A stretch of 64,000 bases of DNA from contig JBLDXI010000009.1 in the NCBI GenBank assembly GCA_047495785.1, forward strand, positions 1,674,001-1,738,000, written 5' to 3'. Position numbers and translations under genes: made by a program. The DNA comes from Lepidodermella squamata (Eukaryota > Animalia > Gastrotricha). A model generated the notes under the pieces. That model saw nothing but the letters and a program-made list of their open reading frames with translations. It had not been told where the DNA came from and searched no databases. Shown piece by piece: positions 40,480 through 52,602 of the stretch; within the stretch, counting starts at the first letter, position 1, and every line of letters starts with the position of its first letter.

Positions 40480-41321
40480 GCGTCTCAATTATCATGAACT
40501 GACTTCGTCATTTTGTAACCGTTATCACGCATCTTCATTTATATGTAACCTTTTTATGTAACCTTAATAATAAATGAGACTGGAAAACTAGTTACGTTTC
40601 ATTGCGCTTCAAATTTGGGTTATTAAATAGCTGTCAGGCGTTGCGATGAAATAATTAAGCAATACTAATACCAGGTTTTCGGTTGCAGTCACCTGTCGCA
40701 GTCACCGCCGTTAATAATATTAATACCAAACACATGAATGCAAACATTGGAACAATTGTTGTCGAACTTTTTATTGAATGTTGATTTGCCGAATTCACAT
40801 TTGTCCGCTCTCATTAAGTCTACATTGAGCTAATGAAACCCGGTATGTACACAGGAAAATTCCTATATAGTTAGCGGGTTTCATTAGCCCAGCGGCGAAG
40901 TCTTAGAGCCATTTCCATTAATTGACCTTTTCCCCTACATATCATGGTGAGTGATAAATTACCTGGAAGCAGATTGGGTTGGGTTCACTGGCCGATTGCC
41001 GGTTATGTATGGGTGAAATAATTTTCTACCGGTTTACCGTCAACCTGCGATTATCGGCATGAAAGCAACAAATATAGCGAATTGAATACCGGAGTATGAG
41101 ATTCCCGCGAAAAAATTGTTAGTGGCAGACGTATAAAGGACGCCAATCAAATTTTGTGTTTTGGGTGCTTCATAGTGGTTGAAACCTTGTTCACCCGTGT
41201 TGTGAAGCACTATTGTTCCCTTTATAAAAAAAAAACCAAGTTATGCGGCTCAGCAACTTCATCAGAAAGTTTAATCGATCAGGAAAATGCCTCTGTAACT
41301 TTGACAAATCATATTTAAACT

Positions 41322-41481
41322 TCAACAAAGTTTCCCGCTCAATTCCACGATAACATTGAAATATAAAATAATGAATGCATTTATTTTGCATGCCTCTGAA
41401 CCTTCGACTAATCAAATTTCAACTCCAACGAAGTTTCCCGGTCAATTACACGATAACGTTAAAAAATAAAACAATGATTGC
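41322..41481. repeat. Degenerate tandem duplication, ~104-nt period
   Basis: caacaaagtttcccgctcaattccacgataacattg vs caacgaagtttcccggtcaattacacgataacgtta. Confidence 0.75.
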
Positions 41482-41741
41482 TTATATTTATTTCTCCCAC
41501 AACACATCACAAAAAATTCCAAATAACATACATCATGAATAAAGCACGGAAATTTACAACACACAATTATCATTCATGAAGAATCAACATAAAAGCTTGG
41601 AAACCAAGCCAATTTCATTTGCATAACCACCTCACGGCGCAAAAATTCCCAAATATTCTTCAACAATCATATCAAAAACAGCCAGTATCTGGCTTCCTAA
41701 AACAATACATTTCAACGTCGGAGATATTGCTGAGAAATTCT

Positions 41742-42118
41742 CAACGACATTTCTATGACAGAGCAAAACCTATTAGAGGATTCCCTCGCTTTGCTTTCTA
41801 TGTTAACCACGGTCATTATGACGGCTGAGCAGTATTGTGCTTGAACAACTGCGGCTGGAATTGAAACTGACAGCCCGCTCTCTTCCGCCCTTGTCGACGA
41901 TCATTCAGGTTATTGAGGATTGACTTGGCATACATCGGTTTCGACGATATCTCCACGACATAGCAAAAGCTGTGGGAGGATTCCATCGCTTTCATGTTAA
42001 CGACGGTCTCTCTGACGGCTGTGAAGCATTATGCTTGACCAACTGCGGCAGGAATTCAAAATAAGAGTCCGACATTGTCGACGGTCAAGCATTCCAGCTA
42101 TTTAAGATTGACTTGAAT
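41742..42118. repeat. Degenerate tandem duplication, ~200-nt period
   Basis: Shared blocks agcaaaa, gaggattcc.tcgcttt, atgttaac.acggtc, tgacggctg, tgcttga.caactgcggc.ggaatt, ttgtcgacg, gattgacttg in both copies. Confidence 0.8.
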
Positions 42119-42250
42119 AAAACCTACAAACGCGAATAAAAGCAATAGTTAAACGAAGTGTCCAGACAAGACTTGCAAATGAAAATTAACAAGACTATCT
42201 AACCGCATAGTACCGCATAGCACGACAAGTATGCCATGATATCACATGGA

Positions 42251-42528
42251 TAAATAATAATAATGGCTTTATTTATACTCCTTACGACTAAACGTCTCTA
42301 ACGGTTTCCCGTTTTGAAGGAGTGAGCATTTGACTGCCTAACACAGACACACAGGGAATCATGCGCACACACAGGCTTTGCATGTCCAGGTCCGGGAGCT
42401 GGGGGCGAAGCGACTTGCTCAAGGCCGCAACACTTTTTGGTGTTGCTCTGTGGGCAGCTGGAATCGAACGCACGACCTTCATGATGATGAGGGGGCGCTC
42501 GATCCACTGCGCCACTGTGCTCCCCCTG
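42251..42528 (-). mobile_element. tRNA-derived SINE with 10-bp target-site duplication
   Basis: Pol III A box TGGCGCAGTGG (42514-42504), B box GTTCGATTCC (42469-42460), central ccttgagcaagtcgctt (CORE/V-SINE-like), (ATT)n tail, TSD ATCACATGGA at 42241-42250 and 42529-42538. Confidence 0.88.
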
Positions 42529-43149
42529 ATCACATGGAAAAAACTAATATAAAGCCACGAAAACTTCGTCAAAAGCGTCAAAATTGAGGAAAAACCGATA
42601 AAAAAGGGTATAATGCTCATATGAATGTGAACAGAATGTAAACTATCATCGAATTTGGAAAGGAAATATCAAATTCTACCTAAATATAACTTGAAACAGC
42701 CCAGGGGACCTTCTAAAGCCGCGGAAAAGCCATAAAAAAAGAGAAACATGCGCTATCCTACCTAACAAACTTTTCAAGCCGCCATCTTCGCAACCATAGC
42801 GAATTCGTTCTATTTCTTTACATCTAAAAATTCAGTAAAGTAAGCTATTGAAAGATATGTAAACGCTATTAAGTCAATCATATGCTGGAAAAAGTTTTTT
42901 AAGACCGCCGTGGGACATCACCGATATGCGTTGGATTTTGGCTTTTGAAATACGCGCCTAATTTCATTTTTGCCATCAACTATGTTTATTTGAAAGATTA
43001 GTATGACATAACCTTGTTCAATATAAAATATTTTTAAGACACACAAGTTTATTTTAAATATTTTGAGAAAGTTGAAATCTAGGGTTGGCAGTGCCAGAGG
43101 CGCCTGAGTCATATCATCAGGTGACTGACCCATCGAAACGGCAAAAAAA

Positions 43150-45420
43150 TGTTCCGTTTTTTGGCGTGTTGGGGCCAAAGTTCTATGCAGTAAGAGGTTG
43201 TACCTTGTGCAGTCTTCACCCCGAATATTGTTCCTGGAACGTAGATTGCCGATGCGGCAGTTGAAGTCGCCGAGGATTTGCCTTGTCCAATTTCGTGGGT
43301 AGAAATGCCCACTCAGAGGGATCCCTCTCAGAGGGCGTCCCTCTCAGAGGGGCAGCCATTTTAGGGCCTACCTCTTAGAGGGTCCCCTCTCAGAGGGTTC
43401 CCTCTCAGAGGGCCCTCTCAGAGGTCTTAATCAACTCTTCTCTCTCTCTCTCGCGCCTTAACACTGTAATAAATTCAACGCGTTATGCTCTGTAACGCGT
43501 TATTTTACCCGTTTTTGTCACGCGTTATGCATTTTTTTGCATGGGAAAAATGGACAACAAACTGGTGTCACAAAACGTAACGCGTTAAATTGCTCTCAGT
43601 GAAGTGATTTAAGTGATTTTAAACGCCTTGACTCTATTTTGCCATAATAATACTTTCATTTTAAGGCGCTGATTATGATCTTAAAATGGCGCGGAAATGA
43701 CCGGAAGCGACAGGAAATGAATAGCCCACTGAGAGGGCCCTCTGAGAGGGAGCCCTCTAAGAGGGAGCCCTCTTAGAGGGAACCCTCTGAGAGGGGACCC
43801 TCTAAGAGGTAGGCCCTAAAATGGCTGCCCCTCTGAGAGGGACGCCCTCTGAGAGGGATCCCTCTGAGTGGGCATTTCTACCCACGAATTTGAAAACGGC
43901 GAGGATTTGGAGCTCCACCTTACCGCTGAGCTTGTGCAGTACGTCTGCGATTTGATTTTCGAGCTTTTCGAGTAGATCGACGTTCTTCTGTAGGGTGGAG
44001 TCTGTAGGCACGTAGGCGAAAACCAAGAGGCAAGAGGATGACAGCCCCGTCTGGCATGCACCAGGAGAACATCGCCGTGTACGCGTCCTTGTAGTGTGTT
44101 AGCAGTTACCAGGCTGTCTACTAGTTCGTCCTTGACGAGATATTGTAACCGCCAGACTTCCTTCCACCGGCGAGCGACACACCGTCGACTTCAACAATCG
44201 TCTCGTAACCTTTGACAGTCAGGTGAGGGGCCAGGCCGTGAATTTCAGCCTAACATGTGGAGGCTAACATGTGGAGAACGTCGACTGCCTAGCACAGGTC
44301 GGTCACTGGGAAGGATGAGGCGCCTACTACGTTCAGCGTTCAGGAAGCCGAGACGGTGTTCGCCGATGGGTAAGACCTTGTGAGAAGAAATATTCAGAGT
44401 AGTATTAATATGCCTAGGGGACTCAGCTATTCTTTTGTGAAGGACTCGGCCCTGCCTAAGTGGCGCCACCTCGGGGCGGTCCGGTAGTAGTGGCTGAGGC
44501 GGAGGAGGTGGCGCCGACGGTTCGGTCACTTCAGTCGAGCTGTTAGGTATAGCTAAGTCCGTCTGCGAGCTGCTGGTTGATTCCTAGTGGCGCGCAGGGG
44601 CACGCTGACGACGAACGGCTGTAATCAGACTAGCAGAAAATTTCGAAAAATCTGAGCTTTCTGCCCGCCGCAGCTGAAAAGGGCCTTTAGTTTCTGCCGA
44701 ACCACTGTTTCAACACAATTTAAAAGCCTTTAAAATCTTCTTTCTTCTTACGACGTAGCCTTTCCGGGGAAAACATGTCGGCAGTTATTTGCGTTTGACC
44801 TTTCACTAGTACATCTTACCCTGGGTGCACCTTTTCGGTGTGACCCTTCAAATTTTTAAACATAATTTTCGGAGCACTCGGTGGGCAGTGAGCACATGGC
44901 ACCTCTCTATCAGAAGGACAGGTGGTCGTCTTCTTAGTATGACTCAATTCGCAAATTCTAGATGTGAAGAAAATTACAGCCTGTAATAGCCGGGAAGTAA
45001 TCGTCGAAAGTGTGGTCGAATTTCAGACGGATTACTTATTTGATGTTCTTGCGATATATTAATTCTGATTCTGATTCATTCTTGACTTAGCAGTAGTCCG
45101 TGTCAAAGAATTCCATGGCCCCGAGGCAGTGAGCCATCAGTCGTTTCTCAGCTTCGAAGAGATTCGCAGGCTTGGACAGACGAATGCGCAAGCCGGGTCG
45201 TAGTCCAGCCCTCATTTCATCGATCTTCTCGCGGAGGAAGTTGCGGTCTGCTCTGATGAACACCGGGCAGTATTTTTTATCGGCAGGCCCCACACGGTAG
45301 CAAGACCACCCGCCTGAGTGTTTCAGGAGGGGGATTGCGAAGCAGACTTTCTCCTTTAGATCTTCGACCGCGCCCTTGACAGCGCCTTCTTTCAAACCAG
45401 CCAACACGGCAGTGCCCATT
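43150..45420 (-). mobile_element. Degenerate non-LTR retrotransposon (LINE) 5' half: ORF1 RRM-like fragment plus APE endonuclease remnant, no RT seen
   Basis: 45419-45087 encodes AVLAGLKE..YRVG....CPVFIR (ORF1 RRM pattern); 44400-43150 encodes RLGFLNAE, VFAYVPT and, once the MITE is removed, QILGDFNCRIG (APE GDFN motif); frameshifts present. Confidence 0.7.
43281..43899. mobile_element. Non-autonomous MULE/foldback-like MITE (619 bp) with long TIRs built of CCCTCTNAGAGGG palindromes
   Basis: Near-perfect inverted arms 43281-~43421 and ~43729-43899; 10-bp TSD CGAGGATTTG at 43271-43280 and 43900-43909; excision restores the LINE GDFN reading frame. Confidence 0.9.
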
Positions 45421-45613
45421 GGTGTTTGCTGCTGTTGCTGTTGGAAATGTTGAATGTTAATCGCGAAATCAGATTTTATGTAAGAAAGTTCCAGAAAGTT
45501 CCATTTCAGATGAGCTAGAGATTCATTTTTGGTGTAGTTCCTAATTCTCATACTCTCGATTCTTCGATACTTCGAAGAATGCCTTGGAGGAATGCGTAGC
45601 GAAAACCCCCTTA

Positions 45614-45695
45614 GCGGAAATGCCGTGGGCGGAAAAGGCAATAGCGGAAAATGATGCTGGCGGAAATGCCGTGGGCGGAAAAGCTTTAGCGGAAA
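45614..45695. repeat. Six GCGGAAA motifs at 14-16-nt spacing, followed by (GCT)n at ~45707-45730
   Basis: Motif starts at 45614, 45629, 45644, 45660, 45675, 45689. Confidence 0.85.
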
Positions 45696-46075
45696 GTAGA
45701 GAACACGCCTGCTGCTGCTGCTGCTGCTGCGCCGGCTGTCTTTTGGGCTTGGGAGTTATCCGTTTTTCGGTGTTGGGGCCAACGTTCTATGCAGTAAGAG
45801 GTTGTACCTTGTGCGGTCTTCACCCCGAATATTGTGCTTGGAACAGTGACCACAGGAGACAAAAGAGACCATTGCCATTTATCTGAATGGCGAAGTTTTG
45901 ACATTGACCGGCTGTAACCTATCGACATTCTGCGTTGCCTATCTGTGAAGTTTTAACTTTTTTGTACGATCTTCTGTTACAGCAGGTTTGGTTTTATCTA
46001 GCGTTCAATGTTCAATTTTCATATTCAAGTTATCAAGATACTAGCCGCTAATATCTGAATTTTTACTTTTAGAAG

Positions 46076-49031
46076 ATGAATGTTATCCAAAAGCGCGATA
46101 AGAAAACATTTATGGGCAAGGAGGCCCCATCTGGTTACGTTCCCGGTCTGGGTCGTGGTGCCACTGGTTTCACAACTCGATCCGACATTGGTCCAGCTCG
46201 CGAAGCTGGCGATATCAGTGACGAACGTCATCAAAATTACCGAAAGGGCAAGGGCGATGCCCCTATTCCGTTGCCCACCGACGAGGATGCGCCTGACGCG
46301 GAGGCTAAGAAGGCTAAAGTTGATTCTGACGCACCCAGCACAAGTCGAGGAAGAGAAGATGAAGAGGAGGATCTAAACGATGCGAACTACGACGAATTCA
46401 CTGGATATGGAGGTAGTTTGTGCGCGAAAGATCCGTATGAAAAGGACGACGTCGAAGCCGATGAAATTTACGAAGCTGTGGATACCCGAATGGATGAGCG
46501 CCGTAAAGATCGACGCGAGAAGCTGTTGAAACAAACTCTAGAGCAGTTTCGTCGTGAGCGTCCCAAAATTCAGCAACAATTTTCCGATTTAAAGCGACAG
46601 CTGACTTCAGTAAGTGAAGAGGAGTGGGCTGCCATTCCTGAAGTCGGAGATTGGAGAAACAAGAAACAGCGTAATCCTCGTTACGAGCGGGTCACCCCAG
46701 TTCCAGACAGCATGCTTGTATCAATGATGGGATCCACCGCAAGCTCGCAAGCGGTCGTTGACGGTGGTGTCACGCCCCTTTCTGGTTTAGTTACTCCTGG
46801 ATTTGCCACTCCTGATATCGATATGAAAAAAATCGGCGAGGCCCGAAATACTCTCATGGGCATGCGTTTAACTCAGGTCTCAGATTCAGTGTCGGGTCAA
46901 ACTGTAGTCGATCCTAAGGGTTATCTCACCGACCTTCAATCTATGATTCCACAAGTCGGCGGTGACTTGAATGATGTCAAGAAAGCTAGGCTACTGCTGA
47001 AATCTGTTCGTGAAACTAATCCGAAGCATCCTCCAGCGTGGATAGCCTCGGCTCGTTTGGAAGAGGTTTGTTATTATTTAAACCTAAATATTTGTATCCT
47101 TTAGTCGCTGCTTTTTAAAGGTCGTCGGTAAGCTTCAAGACGCTCGTGTTCTGGCGATGAAGGGTTGTGAGCATTGCCCGAAATCCGAGGATGTCTGGCT
47201 AGAAGCTGCTCGTCTCACTCCTGCTGATCAAGCAAAGGCGGTTGTCGCGAAGGCAGTACGAGAAATTCCTGACTCAGTTCGACTTTGGATTAAGGCCGCT
47301 GATTTGGAAACAGATATGAAAGCGAGAAAGCGAATTTTTCGTAAAGCTTTGGAACAAATTCCTAATTCCGTCAAATTATGGAAAGCTGCTGTTGAACTGG
47401 AAGATGAGGAGGACGCCAAAATTATGTTAGGCCGTGCTGTTGAATGCTGCCCGCAAAGTGTTGAGCTATGGTTGGCTTTAGCAAAACTTGAAAGTTACGA
47501 AAGTGCTCGAGCTGTGTTAAACAAAGCTCGCGAGAACATCCCAACTGATCGTCAAATTTGGATTAACGCCTCACAGTTAGAAGAGGCTAACGGCAATCTT
47601 GCGATGGTAGACAAAATTATCGAGCGTGCGGTTCGATCTCTTCGAGCGAACGGTGTTCAAATCAATCGAGACGAGTGGCTGAAAGACGCAGAGGAGTGCG
47701 AAAAGGCAGGCAGTATTGGGACTTGCCAAGCCATTGTTCGTGCTATATTGGACGTTGGCATCGAACCGCAAGATCGAAAACACACATGGCTTCAAGATAT
47801 AGAAACATGTCAATCCCATGGCGCTATCGAATGCGCCCGAGCTATTTACGCTCAAGCACTCAGTGTTTTCTCTGAAAAGAAATCAATTTGGCTGAGGGCT
47901 GCTCATTTCGAGAAGGAATTTGGCACTCGAGATCAGCTGGAAGAGCTGCTGCAAAAGGCTGTCCAGCACTGCCCTCAAGCCGAAGTTTTATGGCTAATGG
48001 GCGCTAAATCTAAGTGGTTAGCTGGCGATGTTACAGCTGCACGTAAAATTCTGGCCCTGGCGTTCAAAGCCAACCCGAATTCTGAAGAAATTTGGCTGGC
48101 TGCTGTCAAATTAGAGTCGGAAAATGGCGAGCACGCAAACGCTCGCCAGCTGTTGGAGCGAGCCAGAAATTCCGCCCCGACACCGCGTGTTTACATGAAA
48201 GCCGCTAAATTCGAGTGGTGCCTTGGCGAACTTGACCAGGCTATGAAATTACTTAGCGAAGCAGAGACTCGCTACCCATCCTTCGACAAATTTTGGATGA
48301 TGCACGGGCAAATTGAGGCTCAACGTGATCGCCCGACTGAAGCGGCCGAAATATACCGACGTGGCTTGACAAATTGCGCTCAATCAGTGCCATTATGGTT
48401 GTTATTAGCCAGGCAAGAGGAGGCAAACGGCAGTTCGACCAAGGCTAGAGCGACTTTGGAAAAAGCTAGGCTCAAAATTCCGAAAACTGGTCTTCTTTGG
48501 CTTGAAGCTGTTCGAGTCGAACTGCGTGCCGCTGAAAAGGTCCCGCCTGGTCAGTCAGTCACATTGTGGCAGCAGCAATGCCGTCAAGCTGGTCTTGCGG
48601 TGCTGGCGCGTGGTTTACAGGACTGCCCGGACTGTGGCGCTTTGTGGGCTGAATCGATATGGCTCGAAGCTCGGGCTCAACGGAAAGCTCGGTCTGTCGA
48701 TGCTTTAAGGCGGTGCGAGCACGACCCACTCGTCGTATTGGCCGTGGCGAAATTGCTGTGGTCTGAACGTCGAGTTCCCAGTGCTCGTGACTGGTTTCAG
48801 AAGGCCGTGAAACTCGAGCCTGATCTCGGCGATGCGTGGGCCTTTTATTACAAATTCGAGTGCGCCCATGGCACGGCTGAGCAGAAACAAGAGGTGGCGA
48901 AGAAATGCGCCGAGGCTGAGCCGCATCACGGCGAGGCGTGGTGTAAGGTTGCTAAGGACATCCGAAATTGGCGACTCAAGCCGTCTGAAATATTACCCCT
49001 TGTCGCTGACAGTTTGCCGATCCCAACTTGA
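46076..49031 (+). CDS. PRPF6: Pre-mRNA processing factor 6 (U5 snRNP, HAT/TPR repeats), 2 coding exons
   Basis: [50 protein letters not shown], intron 47066-47120, HAT repeats, AEPHHGEAW terminus. Confidence 0.98.
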
Positions 49032-49168
49032 GTTTTTTTCAAAATAACTCAATATATCTGCTTTTCTGTTTTCAAGTTTTCAAAAAATAACGTAACGTTT
49101 GATAACAGATTTTTTTTGTTCTTTTATAGTTATTTACTTAACTCAAGTTTATTAAGAAGAACTAAGAA

Positions 49169-52100
49169 ATGCCGAATAAGAAAAAGGTAAAAATAACTTA
49201 TATTAAAAGATGAAATTGTTGAAAATCTGATGGATTTAGGGTCGAGGATCTGGCCCAGCTAACGAACCGCCGCCTAGACCGGCTACTGCAGCTGCTGAGT
49301 TGAACCGCAGTGATTTCCCCACACTCGGGGGCCCAGCGGCACCTCGACCTGCTCCACCCGCCCAACCCGCCGTGGTTGCAGCTGCTGCTCCACAACCTGT
49401 GGCGACCGGTGTTGGAAGAGGGAGGGGTTGGGGTCCTAAACCGACATCCAGCGTTGGGCAACCGGGAGCTGCTCCTGAGCGTCCAGCTACTTCTACGGCG
49501 GCTGCTCCGCAACCCGCAACCGCACCAGCACCCGTTTCGCGAAATGTCGAACCGCCAACGGCTGACGATGTCGCCGAGCAATTGGAAAATGTCTCTTTAG
49601 ACACTCTAGGTTTGTTGTTTTTGAGTTAACAAAATGATTGGGCAATTTTGTATCATGTTTTATATTTAAGCTCCAATACGCCGTCCGATGAAAAATGGAA
49701 AATACGAGTTGTGCACGCTGGGCAGGACTATCACACTGCGTACGAATCACTTCAAGATAACGTTGGAGAAAACCAAGGGCCAAATCTTTGTCTACGACAT
49801 AACTTTGACCCCGGCTTGCAACAAATTCAAACAGCGTCAGATTTTCGATGGCGCTTGGCGCGACCCGAGAAATTTGTTCGGTCTACAAACGGGAGGGAAA
49901 GTGCTGGGTTATGGCTACGATGGCTCTGTCAATTTGTATACAAGCATTAAGCTGGATTCAGTGGTTGGGAAGGAAATTAAGTATCAACCAGCTGGCGAAT
50001 CGGGCAGCAAGCCTTTTTCGATTAAGGTCAACAAATTGACTGCTATTCGAAATCTGAATGAGCTGATGGATCCGAATGTGGATGATGAAACTAAACTTGC
50101 GATCATAAACGCACTCGATGTCATAATGACCACGCGCGTTAAACTTGAGTAAGTTCATTGATTGCTCAATTTCTCGTTTATATTATTCAACTGCGTTTCA
50201 ACAGAAATGGAGCTTCATTGAAGCGAGCCTTCTATTTCCAGCCCGATGTACGGACACCCATTCGTAATGATGAAAAGGAAATTTGGGCTGGATTTTACAC
50301 CTCTGCTCGCCAGTCAGTCAAAGACGGTCAGTGGATTCTGACACTGAATGCTGATGGTAGTTATCATAATTTAACTTTTTACTGTAACTTTAACTTTAAC
50401 TTCGATTGTTTTACAGTTACTGCTACAGTTGTTATTCAACCATACAAATTCTTGGAGCTATATGATTATTGCAAGAGCGAATCGGAGATGAATGCTTACT
50501 TGAGGCGCCAAAAGAAAGACCTCAAAGTGCTTATCGAATTCGGGAAAACAAAGAAGTCGAAACAAACTCGAACATTCGAAAGGGTGGTGCCGAAAACCGC
50601 TCTTACCCACACGTAATACTTATACAAATTATTTTAAAAGTAAATATAGCTATTATTTCCCGATTAGTTTCAGTCACCAGGGCAGAAATGTCAATTTGGT
50701 TCATTACTTCTTGAGCGAATACGGTGAAACCATCGAATTTCCCAATCTTCCGCTTGTTCAGGTGAGAGGTTTTTACAACCATGTAACACTTTCTTTATTA
50801 TGTTTTTATTTCAGATAAAATCGGGGAAAAATGACGTTTTCTACCCGATGGAATACTGCTCGATTTTGCCCGGGCAATTTACGATCGGCCAATTGGAAGC
50901 TTCTGAGCAAAGCGCATTAGTTGAATACGTGTCGATGCAACCTGCAGTTCGATTCCGCGAGACGTCGAAAACTTTGAAAGAGAAATTTCTCAAACCGGAA
51001 CAGATAGCTCTGCTTCGCGAATTCGGAATAACGGTTTCGCCTGATCCGATGCGAGTTGAAGGCCGAGTTTTGCCAGCGGTCACTGTTCAAGCTAAACAGG
51101 GCGACAGACCTCGTGATATAAGATGCTCCGATGATCAAGCGTCGTTCAAGCTGCAAGGCTTGAATTTTTTCAAATTACCCGATGGCGGCCTTGGGAAATG
51201 GGCGGTAATCACGACTACTCGAATTTATCCGAACGAAGTCAAGGAGTGGGTCGCTAAGTTTTGCCAGGCATTGAATTCCAAAGGTTACTCGCATCAAATT
51301 TTTAGAAAAATACCTAATCGTGGATATATTTTATAGGTATCAATGCGCAGCAGCCGTATAAATATTTCGATGCTATGAGCCCTGATCGCATCATTAGCAC
51401 TTTCAAGGAAATGGGCCAAGATCAAGTCAGATTCGCCCTTTTCTTTGTCGAAAAAGGCGGCCCACTCTATGGTAATAAGAAAATATGCGAATTGTGAGTT
51501 TATTACTGCTCTTTATTTTTTATTTAGGAACTATCAAACAGCAGGGCGATCGACAGTACCGAATTGTTACGCAGTGCATCGATGCTAGAAATCGTCGTAA
51601 AACCGATAATTCTTACATCGAGAACGTGATTCTGAAGGTCAACGTCAAATTGGGTGGAATCAATCACATTCTGTCGAATAAAACTTTCGAGCAGCAGAAC
51701 TTGCCAGCGATGTTCGACGACGATGTTCTGGTCGTTGGTGCCGACGTGACGCATCCCGGCAAGGAGGAAGTGTCGAAGCCGTCTATTGCCGCTGTTGTCG
51801 GAAGTATCGATAAGTCAACCGCGAAATATGTCGCTGTTATAACGCCCCAGGCTCGATCTGCAAAAGTTGATCAGGTTCAGACTCAGGAGTGGATCTCTAA
51901 CCTGGCCGACACGATGAAGAGTTTGCTGATTGCCTATTACAGAAACACGAAGAGAAAGCCGAAGAAGATTGTGTTTTATCGAGATGGTGTGTCGGAGGGT
52001 CAATTTGTTACTGTTCTACAAAAGGAACTAACGCAAATTCAAAAGGCATGCCGCGATTTGCCTGGCGGCGATTATCGTCCCGATATCACGTATATTGTAG

Positions 52101-52602
52101 TCCGGAAGCGTATCAAGCCGAAGTTGTACGAAGAAAAGAGTGAGAACCAGATCACCCAAGTCCCTCCGGGTACCATTGTCGAGGTTGATATCACGCAGCC
52201 GATGAGATACTTCGATTGCTTCATGGTTCCACACTATTCGCCGCTTGGTACAGCAAAGCCGAGTCACTATGTTGTGCTGTATGATGATTCAAAGTTCAGC
52301 CCTGATGAGTTGGCCTACATGAGTTTTTGCCTTTGCCATCTCTTCCCGAGATGCACAAAGGCTGTATCTTTGCCAGCCCCGGTTTATCACGCTCATCTGG
52401 CTGCCGACCGTGCCAATCAACATCTAGCCGTAAGAATATATTCGAATGTAATTTTATAGTTTTTAAATTTCGTTTTTTTTAGGGGAAACCGATGCCGGAA
52501 TTGCGAGGCGATGTTGCTACCCAACGCAAAATTCTACTCGACCATGCTAATGATGCTACTAAAATGGACATTGATACCAGTCAGGCTAACTACTGGCTCT
52601 GA
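49169..52602 (+). CDS. AGO: Argonaute B (AGO clade), multi-exon, intact
   Basis: MPNKKK micro-exon (49169-49186), Pro/Ala/RG N-tail, RTNHF, YPMEYC, LKVNVKLGG, GADVTHP, YRDGVSEGQF, PAPVYHAHLAADRA, final exon 52483-52602 ending ANYWL*. Confidence 0.95.

Larger units (their letters stand above)
43154..45844. repeat. Pair of ~85-bp direct repeats (43154-43240 and 45760-45844)
   Basis: gtgttggggccaa.gttctatgcagtaagaggttgtaccttgtgc.gtcttcaccccgaatattgt...tggaac at both sites with few mismatches. Confidence 0.9.

Noticed and set aside
42445-42528. tRNA gene
   Set aside because: A and B boxes are present, but the acceptor and anticodon arms are poor and it is embedded in a TSD-flanked unit with a SINE tail.
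43100-43140. Hammerhead ribozyme or C/D snoRNA suggested by CTGATGA on the minus strand
   Set aside because: No downstream GAAA core with matching stems and no convincing D box or terminal stem.
43310-43870. CRISPR-like array of palindromic repeats
   Set aside because: No unique spacers, inverted arrangement with a TSD, eukaryotic context, no cas genes; it is a MITE.
43289-43891. 5-bp AATTT TSD defining a shorter element
   Set aside because: The outer 10-bp duplication extends the TIR match and its removal restores the host GDFN frame.
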